64,000 nt of DNA from Gekko japonicus. Taxonomy: Eukaryota. Shown piece by piece: positions 11,621 through 25,200 of this stretch. The stretch is from assembly GCF_001447785.1 (NCBI RefSeq), contig NW_015162055.1, positions 1 to 64,000 on the forward strand. Reading direction: 5' to 3'. The translations under genes were made by a program, and so were the position numbers. Every line of letters starts with the position of its first letter. Within the stretch, counting starts at the first letter, position 1. The notes under the pieces were generated by a model. It did no database searches. It worked only from the letters and a program-made list of their open reading frames with translations, and was not told the DNA's origin.

Positions 11621-14290
11621 CCTCATAGGATTGTTGTGAGAACAAAATGGAGGAACGACAGTGTTTGGCACTCTGAACTCCTAGGGGTTAGAAAGGATAG
11701 ATGAGCAAGCAGGTAGATAGACAGAAAAACAGACAGAAAATGCTTTGCCTAATACCACCTAGAAACTCCATGGGGTGATGAGAGTCAAAATAGGGATTTT
11801 CTGATTCATGTCATGTCCATAGCCAGCATATTATGACAGCTTTAGTAATGTTCTCTACCACCCCTCCACTCTTGGAAACATTACAAACCAAGTTATGTAG
11901 TTAAAGAAGCACTGGATCTTCCACTGACTGTCACTTCTATTGGTCTAAAGAAAAGGGAATGTTTCCTTTTGGATCTGCATTCAGCCTTCTTAGAAGTCAG
12001 TAAATACCATTATTATTATTCTTCGGGGGGGTCACATTAATCTGTAGTAAGCAAAATAATGTAGCACAATCTAATGTTAGACATCTTGTGCTGGAAAACA
12101 GAATCTTCTGATCTCTCTTTGTAATCTTCCCCACACCCATACCCACACACACTTATACTGGCAGGTTTGGCTTTAAATGCCTACTGAATGTTATACTTCA
12201 TGCATCTGATTAGGTGAGCTGTGACTCACAAAGTATTATGTCACAATAACATGGCAAAAAGATAATAAAAGCTCTGAAATGAAGGGGCCAAAACAGATGT
12301 GAGAAGGAGTACAAAAAAATTGTACATGCAGCCCCCACATGGTTTGGGGAACATTAAGAAGAGGAAAGAGGATTTAACCCTTTAATCTGCACTCAGTTTT
12401 CCTAGTCAAAACCAGGTTCCTGACACTGTTATTTGTATTTTAAAGGATTAACATTTCCCCCCTTTAAGTAGCATGATTCTATAAGTGAAACCAAGTAAAG
12501 ATCAAAAGATTTCTCCTTCCAACATGGTCCCAATTGGAATCAGTGGTGCCTGCATGCACAATTTACACTTTTAAAAATGAACTGAAATGCAACATCTGTT
12601 CTGTTTTCACAGCTATGTTGAGTCTTGGCCGAAATTAATAATGGAGTTGGATCGAAAGGAATGAGACTGATGTAGCTATAAGAGGAATTAAGGAAACTGA
12701 TTCCTAAATCAGCAGATTGGCATAATCCTACCGCCTGTACTTTAGCAATCTAAACCCAAGGCATGTATAAAATCCTAGCATTTCTAATACAATCTAGATA
12801 TATTTTCTTGGGGAAATGCTCATATGCATTAGGAGTAGCAATGCTTGAACAGCCATTGATTCAACTTGCATCCTGTTCACAGGTTGTGAACAAGGACCTG
12901 ATTTTTCAACAACTGGTTCAATAATTCATCCATTGTTTAACAGGTCATTTTACTGTTCCGCCACCATATTCTTTCCTAACCATGCAGGACAGTGCAACTG
13001 GCTTTTTTGCTTGCACATTCTCACACACCCCAATCAAATTCTGCTGCCCCCATCAGCAGACCGTTTTTGATATAGACAATTAGATCACTCACAAATCATA
13101 TAAATCAGTCATAAATAAATGCAGTATTTCAATAAAATCCTGCCCTTTGGTATTCACTGATGTAGTCTTTAGTGACTGACACTAATGATTGTTGCTCAAC
13201 CCAATGCAAAAACCCAATGCAAAATGGTTTGATAGGCATTCATGGCTGTTCAGCATGAACTGAATTGATCAGATGATTGAGTCACATCTGACTAACACCT
13301 TTGGACATGGTGTCAGATGCTCTCCTGAAAGAATCTGCAGCATCCCTAATTGAGATAAGGGGGGAATTGACATGTTTCCATAATTTGGTCTGCATGCCCT
13401 CTACACCTGGCATCTGCAGACAAAAGGAAAGGTAGGCTTTTCTTGTGTGCTCTGAAAGGTGGGAAGGGGGCTGCAGCTGAAAGAGTCAGTGGCTGGTTTT
13501 CATTTGCTCCAGGATTTCCACCTACTAGTTGGCAGTCCATCTGGTTCACATAGTGAAACCTAAGGCTTCCACCCTCCCAACTTAAAAAAACAAAAACAAA
13601 AAAACAAATACAAATGTGGTGAGATGAGAGGCAAGTGATAAATGATAAGACCACATCTTGTATATGAGAGAAGACTGAGCAATTGTGATCTTTCCTTGCA
13701 TTCAGTGGTATCCATCCATTCATGTATAGCCTACAAGCAGGGGCAGCTATGTGGTTTTTACAAAAAAAAAAAAATGGAGCATGGACAAAAAGGATTTAAA
13801 GCCCTAGTCTCGCTGTGCTTGGTTTTGTGAAGCATTTGATTTTCTGTAAGTTGACATGCTGGCTCATCAGAAAGCACCAGGAATAAAGCTAGGTTAGGAA
13901 GGAACTGAATGAAAAATGCTGAAATAAATGAACCTAGTGCAGGGTCCATGTATATGTGTGTGTGTGGGGGGTTAGTGTCCCTTGCTGTTTGCCTTTAAAA
14001 ATAGGGTCCCTCACTACTCAGGATCCTAGTGTTGAAAATAATGGTGTGGGGGGGAATCATCTTGCCTCTATGTCCTCAATTTGGAAGGGAATTTTTTCTG
14101 TGGTTTGTAAAATGGAGACACTTTGTCCTTTGTGTCTGCTATTTGCCAGGGAGGATCCACTGGGAGATGGCTACAATTCTGAGGAATTTTAACCAAATTG
14201 GATGGGAGTAAGGTTAAAGTGGGAAATGTGACTCTAAACTAGGAAGGCATTTTCCTATCTTACGGGGAGGGAGAATCTCTTAGGTGAGGG

Positions 14291-14697
14291 CAGGGGTCAT
14301 TTCCTGCAGGAGCGCACAGGAGCGGAGCTCCGGCAGTAAAGAGCCCAGGGGGCGGGCACATGCAACAAGCCCCACCCCCTGCTCCCAGCAGCCCTCAGTC
14401 AGAGCAAGAAGCAGCCAGATAAGTTGCAGAGCTTCCCCCCTGCCCCCCAATCCAGAACAGTCCAGTGGCACCTCTCAGACCAANNNNNNNNNNNNNCCCC
14501 CTCTGCGGGGACAGATCTGTGCCCCCCCCCCCCCCAATAGCTAGCAATCCAAAACAGTCCAGTGGAGCCTGAGCGCTAGGTGTTCCTTCTGACACACTCC
14601 CGGTGATGTCAGGGTGTGTGTGGTATATGCAAAGAAGGTATGCTGATGAGATATGCTAATCAGCTCCTGCACCTCTTTTTCTACGAAATGACCCCTG
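14291..14697. mobile_element. MITE with CAGGGGTCATTTC TIRs (contains a 13-N gap at 14484-14496)
   Basis: caggggtcatttc at 14291 and gaaatgacccctg ending at 14697. The same left terminus recurs at 24188. No TSD match. Confidence 0.75.
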
Positions 14698-15439
14698 GGA
14701 GAAACATTGGGTCAGGGCTATTTTGGGGGCAGAACGCCCCAGAATGGCATTCTGGCTGGCTTCTGAGCCCGCCCCTCTCCTCCCCTCCCTCGCCAAAAGC
14801 CCTGCCCTCAGTGGAAGAAGAAAGAAGTGGCAACAAGCTCTCAAGAGCATGTGTAAGTCCTGTTGCCGCCTGCCGCTGCTCCGTTGTGCCTCCCCGCCAA
14901 AAGGACTCCTGTTCTTTGGGGCCTTGATGCCCCTGCTGGTGCCCTCCACTGCCCAGCCCGCAGCCACCAACACCAGCGCTGCCCCAACGGTCCTGGTGAT
15001 GGTGAGCATGCTGCCGCTGGAGCGCAACCTGTGCTACCCTTCGCCATTTGCCAAGGTGAGTATGAGCTAAGAAGGGGAGCCCGAGACGGCTTCCTTGGGA
15101 ACCAATCCCCAGTGGAGGGCAAGGCACCTGGTGTGGGGTGCATGACACATGGGAGAGCTGGGCCAGGGGGCCTGGGGGAGCTGAGGAGGGGCTTTTCCCT
15201 CTCTGCATTGGAGTGGGAGGTTTCCAAGCCTCCGCTGGCGCCATTTGTGTGCCAGTAGTGTAAAGAGGAGGAGCTGCGTAGGCAGGGAGGGAACGCAAGA
15301 CGGGAAGTGAGCCAACGAGCCAAAAGTGCCCAGCAAGTGGTCTAAGGCTGGAGCATCTCACCGGAGGAGCAGCTAAGACCAGGCAGTGCTGCGCGGGTCC
15401 TTTTCTAGCCACAGCTTTTGCTCCTCCTCCCTGCCTTAC

Positions 15440-15552
15440 ATATGTTCTGGATAAGCTTTCGTGTGCCCGCACACTTCTTCAGATGCACTGCACACGAAAG
15501 CTTCCACCCAGAAGAAAACTTTGCTGGTTTTAAAGGCACCCCTGGACTCAGA
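15440..15552. mobile_element. Penelope-type terminal inverted-repeat remnant
   Basis: aagctttcgtgtgc...cttcttcagatgc...gcacacgaaagctt hairpin, followed by tttaaaggcacccctggactc. Same family as 16988-17140. Confidence 0.55.
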
Positions 15553-16987
15553 ATTAATGATCATATACTACAGCCCCATTGCCACTCTGATAAGGGGCTA
15601 CAAAAAAGGTGGCCAATGATGCTGGCCGAGGGAGAGAAAGACGACGGGTGTGTGGGGGTGGAGCTTCGCAGCCTGTAGTGAGTGATGCCTTTCTCCTCAT
15701 CTTTCTTCCTCTGCTAGGCTCAGGGGCACCTCTGCCGGCGAGGTGGGAGACTAGAGCCTGGGGGTCTGCTAGACATTCTCTCCATCTCAGGCTCCATCAC
15801 TCTTTTCTGCTGCTGCTCGGGTCTCATTTGAGGGGTGCAGTCATGTTCACTGGGGTGTCAACTGGCTCCTCAGCTGAAGTGAAAGAGAATTTGTTGGTGC
15901 CTTACAGTCCACCCTGTGAGGCTTTCCTGAGGGGGAAGCTCGCCTTTTCAGTCTCTGGTGCTTCTGGGGGGGGGCAGGCTTCTCCCAAGGAAGAGAAGCT
16001 ACAGGGTGGGTTTTATCAAGGCAAGCAGTGGCTAAGTCCCCCACACACTGGGTGTGTCAACTCGGGAGTAAGCCCCCCCCCACCCATGCTCAGAGAGTGC
16101 ATAAACCCATTTTAAAAAATCACTATTTATGACTGCTTTAATTAAATGAAGCCCTAAATAAAATCTCCTACAGCTGCCTCCTAGCTAGGCACACCTCTTT
16201 GGGGAGGTGATTCTTCCAGGCTGCACCCTCCAGCATGGTTAGCTAAGCCCTGCTTGTTTGCAGGAAGGAATGTGGATTTTGTTTTTTTTGGGTTATTTTA
16301 AGTATTGTGTTTTGAAGGGACGTGGTGGTGCAGCTTATGAGAGCAAGCTTGAACATTTGCTTCTCAGGAAGGGCATCCTAGTTTTGATTTAAGCAGCATG
16401 TTTCCAAAAGGAGAAGGATGCAGAGAACCTCAGTTTTAAAGCAACAGCCCTGTGAACAGTCAAGGCTTGGAGTATCCCCAAGTGCAGCCTGTAACCCCAC
16501 GGGGACCGCTGGAAGAAAGAAGTGTGGTGTTGTGCATTAACACCTGTAGGTTTGGTTATCCAGGCTGATGGGAGGTGGGGTAAAAGGGTTGTATAGGAGC
16601 TATGGGTTGTTGCCTTTGAGGATAGATCAAGGTGGGCAAGCTGTGTTGGTCTGAAGCAACTGAACAGAGTCCAGTGTTTGGGAAGGAATCCTTGCACACT
16701 GCCTCATGGAATTGGCCCTGGTCTCCCTGGAAGGAGGAAGGGCTGGGATGTGCCAGTCCCTCTAGGACTCTGGTGGGGTGGTGCCTTTAATGGGCTAGCA
16801 AAGTTGATGTTCTTAAACCTCCTAATAAGAGAGATTTCAGCTTCTGAGGAGTTGACTTCCAATGATTGGTGATCTTGTGATGGTAGTGATACTTTGATAC
16901 CTGTTCACAGGATCATTTTATCTGCATGGTAACCACTCCACTGGTACATAATTGCTTGTAAAAATATTATAGTGTAATAATTCAGGT

Positions 16988-17140
16988 GGGGAGCCGTGTT
17001 GGTCTGAAGCAGCAGAACAAAGTTGGAGTCCAAAGTTTCATCCAAGGTATGAGCTTTTGTGTGCATGCACACTGCTTCCATCTGAAGAAGTGTGGGTGGC
17101 ACATGAAATCTTATACCTTGAATAAAAATTTGTTGGACAA
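16988..17140. mobile_element. Penelope-type terminal remnant
   Basis: agccgtgttggtctgaagcagcagaacaaag...aaggtatgagcttttgtgtgc...ctgaagaagtg...cttataccttgaataaa. A partial copy lies at about 16632-16677. Confidence 0.55.
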
Positions 17141-17166
17141 AACCTGGGGTGGTTCTGCCAGTGAAC

Positions 17167-17371
17167 TAGGGTTGCCAACTCCAGTTGGGGAAATCCCTGG
17201 AGATTTGAGAGTGGAGCCTGAGGAGGGTGGGGCTTGGGGGAAGGAGGGGCCTAAGCAAGGCATAATGTCATCATGGACTCCACTTTCCAAAGCAGCCATT
17301 GACCTGATCTCTGTAGTTTGGAGCTCAGTGCCAGGAGATCTCCAGACCCCACCTGTAGGTTGGCAACCCTA
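17167..17371. mobile_element. MITE with TAGGGTTGCCAAC TIRs (hAT-like)
   Basis: tagggttgccaac at 17167 and gttggcaacccta ending at 17371. Confidence 0.8.
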
Positions 17372-17527
17372 TAGTTCTGCAGGACGGCAAGCTGATTTCC
17401 ATAGGAACCTTTGGGAATTGATTCTAATCCAGTGTGGGAATAATTGTTGGACATAAGATATTGGTTCAGACATGACTTTGTATAGATGGGACAGAAAGTA
17501 ATGTTTTTATTGGTTTTGTCAAAACCG

Positions 17528-17663
17528 TTTTGGCAACAAACAAGGTAAACAGAATAAGAAGCAAAAGAATAAGAGGCTGGATGACCACACTTCTGGTAAC
17601 ATGGGGTGTGTGGCCTAATATGCTAATGAGTTCCTGCTGGGCTTTTTCTACAAAAAGAGCCCT
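17528..17663. mobile_element. Partial copy of the octamer-bearing MITE
   Basis: Closely matches 8875-9084 and ends in aaaaagagccctg. Confidence 0.7.
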
Positions 17664-18190
17664 GGGGGGTGATTGTTTCAAATACCGTGGGAGGCTAAGT
17701 CTGAGTCAACAGAATATGTTTCAGATCTCATCCATAATAATGTATTTTGTAAAGTAATGTGACAGATTCCCTATGTATAAAGGAACAGATGAATTTATGT
17801 ATCTGAAGTACTGTGACATGTTTAGTATAGGAAGATTCTGTTGCACTCAGAAGTCACATTCCGTTGTCTACTGGATATCTACAATAAAACTGGAGCTCAC
17901 ACATTAGAGCATGGAGCTTTCTATAATAATGCTTAACATTTATGATACTTCACAGATTTTTTTCAATAATCCTACTGCAACTGGGGTTAGAGGTGAAGCT
18001 GAAAAGAATGCCTTGCCTAAGACTACCTAGTAAGTTAATTGTTGAAACGGTTGTTCAGTTCACAGTTCATGCTCTTGGCCACTGCACTGCACCAACTTTC
18101 ACCAAATCAAAAAATCTCACCTGAAATGAATATGTAGTCCACTCCATTGTTAAGTATAAAATATACAAACACAGTAAAGAGACCTCATGG

Positions 18191-18397
18191 CTAGTGCTCC
18201 CTCTAAACTGTGGGGTCTTGAGAGCAAAATATCTATTTTGTGAGCTGCTGGCATTAAAGTTGTGAGTGAGCAATTTGGCTACTGCATAAATTAGTTTGCT
18301 CTGGAGCCATCCTTCCTGAGCTAAGACAAAAATGTGTGAGCTGCAGGCTAAAAAACTGTGAGCTAGTTCACACTAACTCAGGTTAGAGGGAACACTG
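18191..18397. mobile_element. hAT-type MITE, second copy
   Basis: Colinear with 11420-11620, with TSD CCTCATGG / CTTCATGG (1 mismatch). Confidence 0.85.
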
Positions 18398-19805
18398 CTT
18401 CATGGCCAGTTGTATTGCACTCAGAGAATTCTGATGCTTTATGGTGGAAAAAAATTCAGGAATCTGTAATGAAGGATGCTCTAGAGGGGAGTAGATATTT
18501 AAACAGCATTACTCAGACATTATACCTCTCTGTCACAGGCCAGCAAATTTGATAAGAACTGACAGAATTGTTCTTCGAAGTGAAATTATCAGTCTGATTG
18601 AACTGTTAATAATTTTAGGCCATTAACTAACTTTGCCACTTTTGACAATTTGCTGGGATTTTTTTTGTGTAACATATCAATGGTTTCTAGCTTGCTGATC
18701 GGTGAACCAGAAACAGTAGAAAACATGATTGACTGAACATTTTCAAAGTCAACCAAGAAGCGAGATTTAAAATTGAACGTTGCATTCACACTTGCATTTT
18801 ATTAGAGATGTATTTACTTAAATTAAAAATAAATAAATAATGAAAGTATGAATTGATAATGCGACTGCCTCAAAGTCAAAACTGAGTTACTTGAGCTAAA
18901 AACCCTTCATTGTTTTCCTGTCACAGTAATTTTGAGTGCTCCAAGTAGCTGCAGATTGGATTTACTGATGTGTGTAGCTTTGCTTCTGGCTAACAAGATG
19001 CTCCTGCTACAAAATAGATTACCACTGCTTGTTGGATTATTGGACAATGTGGAGAAAAAAGAAGCTTTGTTAAGCTAGTCCATCAGAGGGAGAACTTAGA
19101 AAAACATTTCCCATTCTTATATTTTAAATTAACAATTAAGTATCATATAAAAGTTATGCAATTAATATATAATAAGTTGAAACTTAGAAAATATATTGGC
19201 AATTGCATTCTTCATACATTATAAATTTAACAATGGTCAATATTTCTCATGCTGTATCTTCATATCCCATTATTATCTTTTCTCCTGTATAGCAGACTTG
19301 AGTTGGTTTAATGTGAAGACAGGAGGATACCTTTAGACATAAGCATTATTGCCTTCAACAAGCATAATTTATTATGCTTAGATGTTAAATGCCTTGTGAA
19401 AAAAATCAGAGAAGGAAATTATTGTAAATTTTAGGATGGTTTCAAAACTAGAAATGAAAATGAAACTAACAGGTGGATGGTTATACTTTACAAGGACTTA
19501 GTGAACAGAGGGGCCAGCCCAGGCTTCTGTTAGACTAGAGAAGGCCTGATCCAACAAGAAGCCATTTTGGTAAAAGCCATTTTTCTAAAGATACAAGAGT
19601 GAAATTTTCTGTTGAAGTGTTGTAACTCAACTGGCCAAGAGCAATATAGATATTGGCCAAGGTCCCAGATCAAGAAGACCGCGCAGACCGAAGTCTATGG
19701 CTTTTGCAAATAAGCCACTCTGAGCTATGTAAACAAACGAAATCACTGCCAAGACAGTAACGAGGTAAGGGGGGAGGGGTTGAGACTGAAATAATGAAAT
19801 TAATT

Positions 19806-19829
19806 GTGTGTGTGTGTGTGTGTGTGTGT
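19806..19829 (+). repeat. (GT)n microsatellite
   Basis: Direct reading of the sequence. Confidence 0.95.
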
Positions 19830-20690
19830 AACACCTTAAAATTTCAAGAAGCACCCTAAGGAGATGGACAGAGGAACAGAGGAAAGGAACCTCATCTCAG
19901 CCATCATAATAGCTTAATTTTAGCTTAATTTTTCTGACCTAAGAAATCAGACAGACTCTTTAGGAGGTAAGAACAGGTTAATGAACAGCAAGATTCACAA
20001 CTGCAAAACTTACTTGATTGTAGGAATCAAGCCAAAGAGAGAAACCTTTGCCAACTGAGATAGATTTCAAACTTTGAAAAGAGTTCCATAGGAAAGCCTC
20101 TGGTTCTCCAAAATAGAAATGAAATAGAATAAAATTCCTTTTTCATAAGAAAAGGGATGGATTCAGTTTCCATAAAATCCTTCATGACCAGACAGCTGAT
20201 GGTGAAGTTCATGTAGCAAAGTGGGAGGAAAAGTTTGGGACAGATTTGAACCAAAGCAGAATGAATAAACGGACACAGGCCTCTCTCTCTGCCTTCTTTC
20301 TGTTTGAAATTGTTTGGTGATGTATTTTGAAACCCACTTTCATGCAACTATTAAGCTATGTAATCACGAAGCCATGCTGCTGCTGCTGCTGCTGCCACCA
20401 CCACCACCACCATTATTATTAGGCTTTTATACCACCCACTCCCCCACAGGGCTCAGGGCAGTGTACAACAAAACAAAGATAACATAATGCAGTTTAAAAT
20501 GGATAAAAAAATCACAGTACAATTCCATAATAGCAAAATTTCTTAATTCTATAGTAACAATACAGTTTAAAAAACAGATGGCGATCAAAGTTCCAGTTGT
20601 GCTACCACCTTGCAGGGTGGAGGGGTGAGAGTGCCAGCCAGATGAATACTGTCACTGTCCTCAAGTATAGATGCAATACATCTATACACG

Positions 20691-20837
20691 CAATGTTCCC
20701 TCTAAGCTGTGGAGTCTTGCGAGCAAAAATTCTACTTGGTGAGCGACTGGCATTAAAGTTGTGAGCGAGCAATTTGGCTACGACATAAATTAGTTTGCTC
20801 TGGAGCCATCCTTCCTGAGCTAAGACAAAAATGTGAG
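20691..20837. mobile_element. hAT-type MITE, third copy, 3'-truncated
   Basis: Left TIR caatgttccctctaagctg. Colinear with the other copies up to aaaaatgtgag, then lost. Confidence 0.85.
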
Positions 20838-20974
20838 AGTGCCAGCCAGATGAATACTGTCACTATCCTCAACTATAGATGCAATAGATCTATACACGCT
20901 ATACATCTATATATGCTTGCATACACTACACACTCATGCTACGTAAACTATACACTATAGTATCCATTATTACC

Positions 20975-21712
20975 AGTAACTAGAAACTCCTGAAGGGATA
21001 GTTTTTGCGGAAGCTATAGAGTGAAGAAGGATGATTGTCATGAAAGGTTTGATTCTAAGATGGATGCTGTCAGGAAATAGGCTATGTCAGCAATGCTGGG
21101 CCAAAGTAGAAGTTGGTTTAGGATTCCAGCATAGGAAAACCTGACCCAGTAAAGTTGGGGTGATTTTGGTTAGAGAAAACCCAGACTGGTCACACATGTT
21201 TTTCATGACCATATGATAATTTTTGCCAATAACGGTTTGTCATCAAGTTGGTGAAAATCCAAGGGTAGTTGTAAGAACCTGATTCAGTTAGAAAAGTGGG
21301 CAGATAAGCCAAATAGTGTATAAGAATTGAGGGATGCCCAAAGGGAAAGCAGGTAGAGAGGATACAGGCCTCTCTCCCTCACTTCCTGTCTTTCATCTGA
21401 AGGAGGACCCCTTGGAGGTAAGGCCCTTTCCTACCAAGTCACCTTTGAGCCACCTTTGAATACACTTCACTACTCTTTTTCTGGAGGATTGGTGAGATTC
21501 ATATGGTGGTGGCTAGGTTCTTGTGTTGCTTGTTATGCTCTATGCTGCTTATGCTTTACACGTTTGTTCAAAGGTTTAATAATAAATGGTTTGTATTTAT
21601 TAATGCTTGGAATTACCATGTGGTTCACTAACAAAAGTGTGTGGCCCAGGCTCATCCAGTGGGAATCCAGGGCAGAGTAGTGACTGAACCTGTGTCTCCC
21701 AGATTCTACACA
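20975..21712 (+). mobile_element. Possible solo LTR; related fragment at about 19860-20345
   Basis: TATA-like gtataag near 21318, AATAAA at 21581 and a CA end. The motif gga(t/c)acaggcctctctc is shared with 20271-20290. Confidence 0.35.
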
Positions 21713-21895
21713 GATTCCGCAGGGCATGCAAGGTGGAGATATTCCGCCAAGCATTTGGTTGAGGACAGTGACAGTACGGCATGTAGTCTGGCACTCTCAT
21801 ACCCTCCATTCTCTACAACCCCCCTCAGGAAAGCCTGTGAAATTTGGATTTCCCCCCCACCATCTTGTATCAACCAAATTATTCTGATACATTAT

Positions 21896-22230
21896 TGGAG
21901 GCTCAGAGGTTAAGACGCTGAGCTGCAGACCAGAAGGTTGGTAGTTCGGCAGTTCAAGACCCTAGTGCTGCGTGATGGAGTGAGCTCCCATCTCTGGCCC
22001 TAGCTCCTGCCAACCTAGCAGTTTGAAAGCAAGAAATTGCAAGTAGATAAATAGGTACCACTTTGGTGGGAAGGTAACAGCGTTCCGTGTGCCTTGGCGT
22101 TTAGTCATGCCGGCCACCTGACCACGGAAAAGTCTTTGGACAGCGATAGCTCTTCGACTTGGAAATGGAGATGAGCACCGCCCCCTAGAGTAGGATTAAA
22201 TTGTCTTTCAAGCAAGGGAAACCTTTACCC
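21896..22230 (+). mobile_element. Sauria-type SINE
   Basis: tRNA-like head (gaggttaagacgctgagctg...gttcaagaccc), body cctgccaacctagcagtttgaaagc and tail acctttacc. Colinear with 28979-29325. Confidence 0.85.
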
Positions 22231-25200
22231 TATATTTTATATATTCTTGATTTTAACTTTTAAAATGGCATGATCATCTATATCTGTATCTATATGTTTA
22301 CACACATGCACACAAACACAAAAGAGAGAACAAAAATAAAATTTACCCAGTAATAGCAGTAGTACATATGTTGGTATATCATCTGTAGAAGAGAGATTAG
22401 ATGGTTGCTTTGTTTTCAGTGACGGGAATACTATACACAGTTACTTTGATTTCTCATAGCATGCTGACTCCAACATCAGCACTGATTCCCATGTCTTTCT
22501 GATGCTTTCACAGAAGAATAATTTGAATGGGGAAAAAGTTTAGCAAATTAACTGACAGATATTAAAATGTTAAAGCAGGAGGCTGCTCTACAGAGTGTTT
22601 GCCAAATGTTTACCCACAAATCATGGAAGTACAAGCTTCATCAGCAAGTGCGATTTGTGTGATAATCATTCCACTGAACTGGAAATATAAGAGGAGCTGG
22701 AGCTGTGTGGTGGATGTTATCGGATGCAGATCCAAATTCAGGCAGAGTAGTAATGATCCATATGTAACTTTTGTGATGTCAGCAGGGCCCTAGCTAGCAC
22801 TGCTCCACCTGTAGCACTAATTTGTACCATCTAAGTATTTTTTTTTAAAAATATATGTCTTTAATTTGTGCTGTTAACAGCTTCCTTTAAGGAATGTTTT
22901 TAGAAAAGGAAATTTTCATGTTTGAAAGTGGTAACTAGTGGATGTGTTCCACACTCTCTATTTGATCTTCTTGCCATGCTTGTCCTTGACTCAGGATAGA
23001 TTTTTTTGATATAGCTACCAATCTTACACATAAGTTATCCAGAAAGAGAAAAAAATGCATGACTGAGAATAAGGAGTATTTTAAGGAAGTTGTTTATTTT
23101 AAGTAGGTAAACACTTAAGATAACAAGTCTCATTCAATTAATATATTCTATGCTAACAATTCAATCTGTCAGTGCTAACCTGAGCAGAGTTACCCCCATC
23201 TAAATCCAAACCCACTGAAGTCAATGGGCTTTAAAGCAAGGGGTGCCAAACATGCCAGGGCTCTCCTGGGTGCAACGGGGTTCCCTCCCCCTTTTCACTG
23301 TATTCATGCACTCAAGATCCAGTATTTCTCAATAGGAAATGAATGTGAACTATTTTAGAGGAGGAATAACAACAAGCCTATGAGGTGGATTAGGCTGAGA
23401 GTGTGTGTCCAGACCAAGTTCACTCAGCACATTTACTTTGTAGGAAGTTGTAGTTATTTCTGTTGGAAAAATAGTCAAAAATACTTAAATTACTCAGAGT
23501 ATTGATGGATCTTGCTTCATTGGAGGAGAGAGATTTCTTTGTGTTTAAAAAGCTTTATTTCTAAGGGTAAAGGGTATACAGGAGACCTATGAAAACAACA
23601 AACATCTTAGAGCTACATTCTTACATCTTACTCCTATACAAGCATGGCTAGAACAGGACTCCTAAAACAATGGAGTATCAGCTTCTTCTTGACCCCTAGA
23701 AAGGAAGTCACCTGAAACCAGTAACCAATCATTGTTTGTAAACACACTCAGATTTGCGTGCTTTTTCCACATTGACTGTCTGCCAGGTTTCCCTTTCAGG
23801 TCAGACTAAACAATAGCATACAAGGTAAACAAGTTAACCCTATAATGACTGGATTGTGAGACCTTGCAAACATATACATTTCCAACAATTTCTCTGGGGA
23901 AGACTATAGTTTTCTAGACAAACACATGACCTTCAGTCTGTATTAGGATGCCTTTTCACATTCTTGACCAGCACATGAAGCAGCTTATGTACAAAAGGTT
24001 GCAATGCCCAGCCATTTCATGTTTCTGCCTGGGTCCTAGGCTCAGAACACTGAGCGTGAGATTTCTGTAACGAATGTCAATAAATCAGAAGTAGGCTTGC
24101 AGCTTACAGATACACACGTGAACAGCATACTCAAGATTGCTACAGGACAGACATTTTGATGCAATAATTCAGAGCAAGAAGTGTCAGCAGGGGTCATTTC
24201 GAGGGGGAACGTGCAGGAATGGCATTCTGGGAGTCACAAGCTCAGGGCTAGAGCGTCACAGGCTCACTTCAGAGCCCAGTTCCCTCTATGGCACATGCTG
24301 GTGCACGGCAATAATTTCCCCTGCTGCCGGCGCAGCTCCAGTGCACCCAGGTCTTCAGCTCTGAGCCTGAGGAGTGAGTGCTGGGCTTGGGCAGCAGCCC
24401 CACCCCTCGTTAGTAGGCCCCCAGCTCTAGGGCACCCTGCTCCCAGCAGCCCTCACTTGTGGTGATGCATGAGGGTCTGCTGCTTGTTTTTGCTGTCATC
24501 TGCGTCGACCCTCCATGCCTCAGCCCTCGTGTGAGCAGCCAGCCGTGCTGCCCACCAGCACTTCAGAGCTGCCAAGTCAGGACTCTGGATGGGAGCCCAG
24601 CCCCTTACTGGGAAGGTAAGGTTTGGGGAGGGCTGGGCTCCCGAGTCCCAAGGGGTGGATTTGTTGCCCATCCCCCCCAGCACCCTGCCTCTGCAGGGAT
24701 GACAGGCTGGATTCTCTATTGTCCTTTGGCTAGCTTTGTGGGGCTGGTGTGCATTTAGGAGATGCTGAGCTTTACAGGGCAGGTGGGCAAAGCTGGGGGC
24801 TTCACATTGGCTCCAGTGTCCAGCCTGTGCAGAACTTTGTCTCTGACTTTCTCAAATATAAGTTTCTTGGGGTGTTGGCAAAGGCTTAAAGCAGTTGTAT
24901 AGGGGGAACCCATTATTTTGCAAGCTCAAGTAGGACTGGGCGAGGCAGCTTTGAAGTTATCCCATAAATTTCCACCTTTCTTTAAGCCTAGCATTGCTTC
25001 CAAGCTGGCACCTGGTTGCTGCTGCTTTGCTCCTCCTCCCTGCTCTTTTGCTGCTACCTCTCTAAACCCCTCCCCAAATTCTGTTGCTGGTTCTCTCCTA
25101 CCCACCCCTTTGGCTGCTAATTCTCTCCCCCCCCCCAGTATTTTACAATTTTCACAGCATCCTCTGGGGCAGGAACTAAGGGGGTGAAGCTAACTTGGGG

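Noticed and set aside
14616-15472. Several overlapping 100-260 aa ORFs
   Set aside because: GC-rich repeat interior starting at a MITE-type terminus (14713), open in most frames on both strands, low-complexity translations and no domain.
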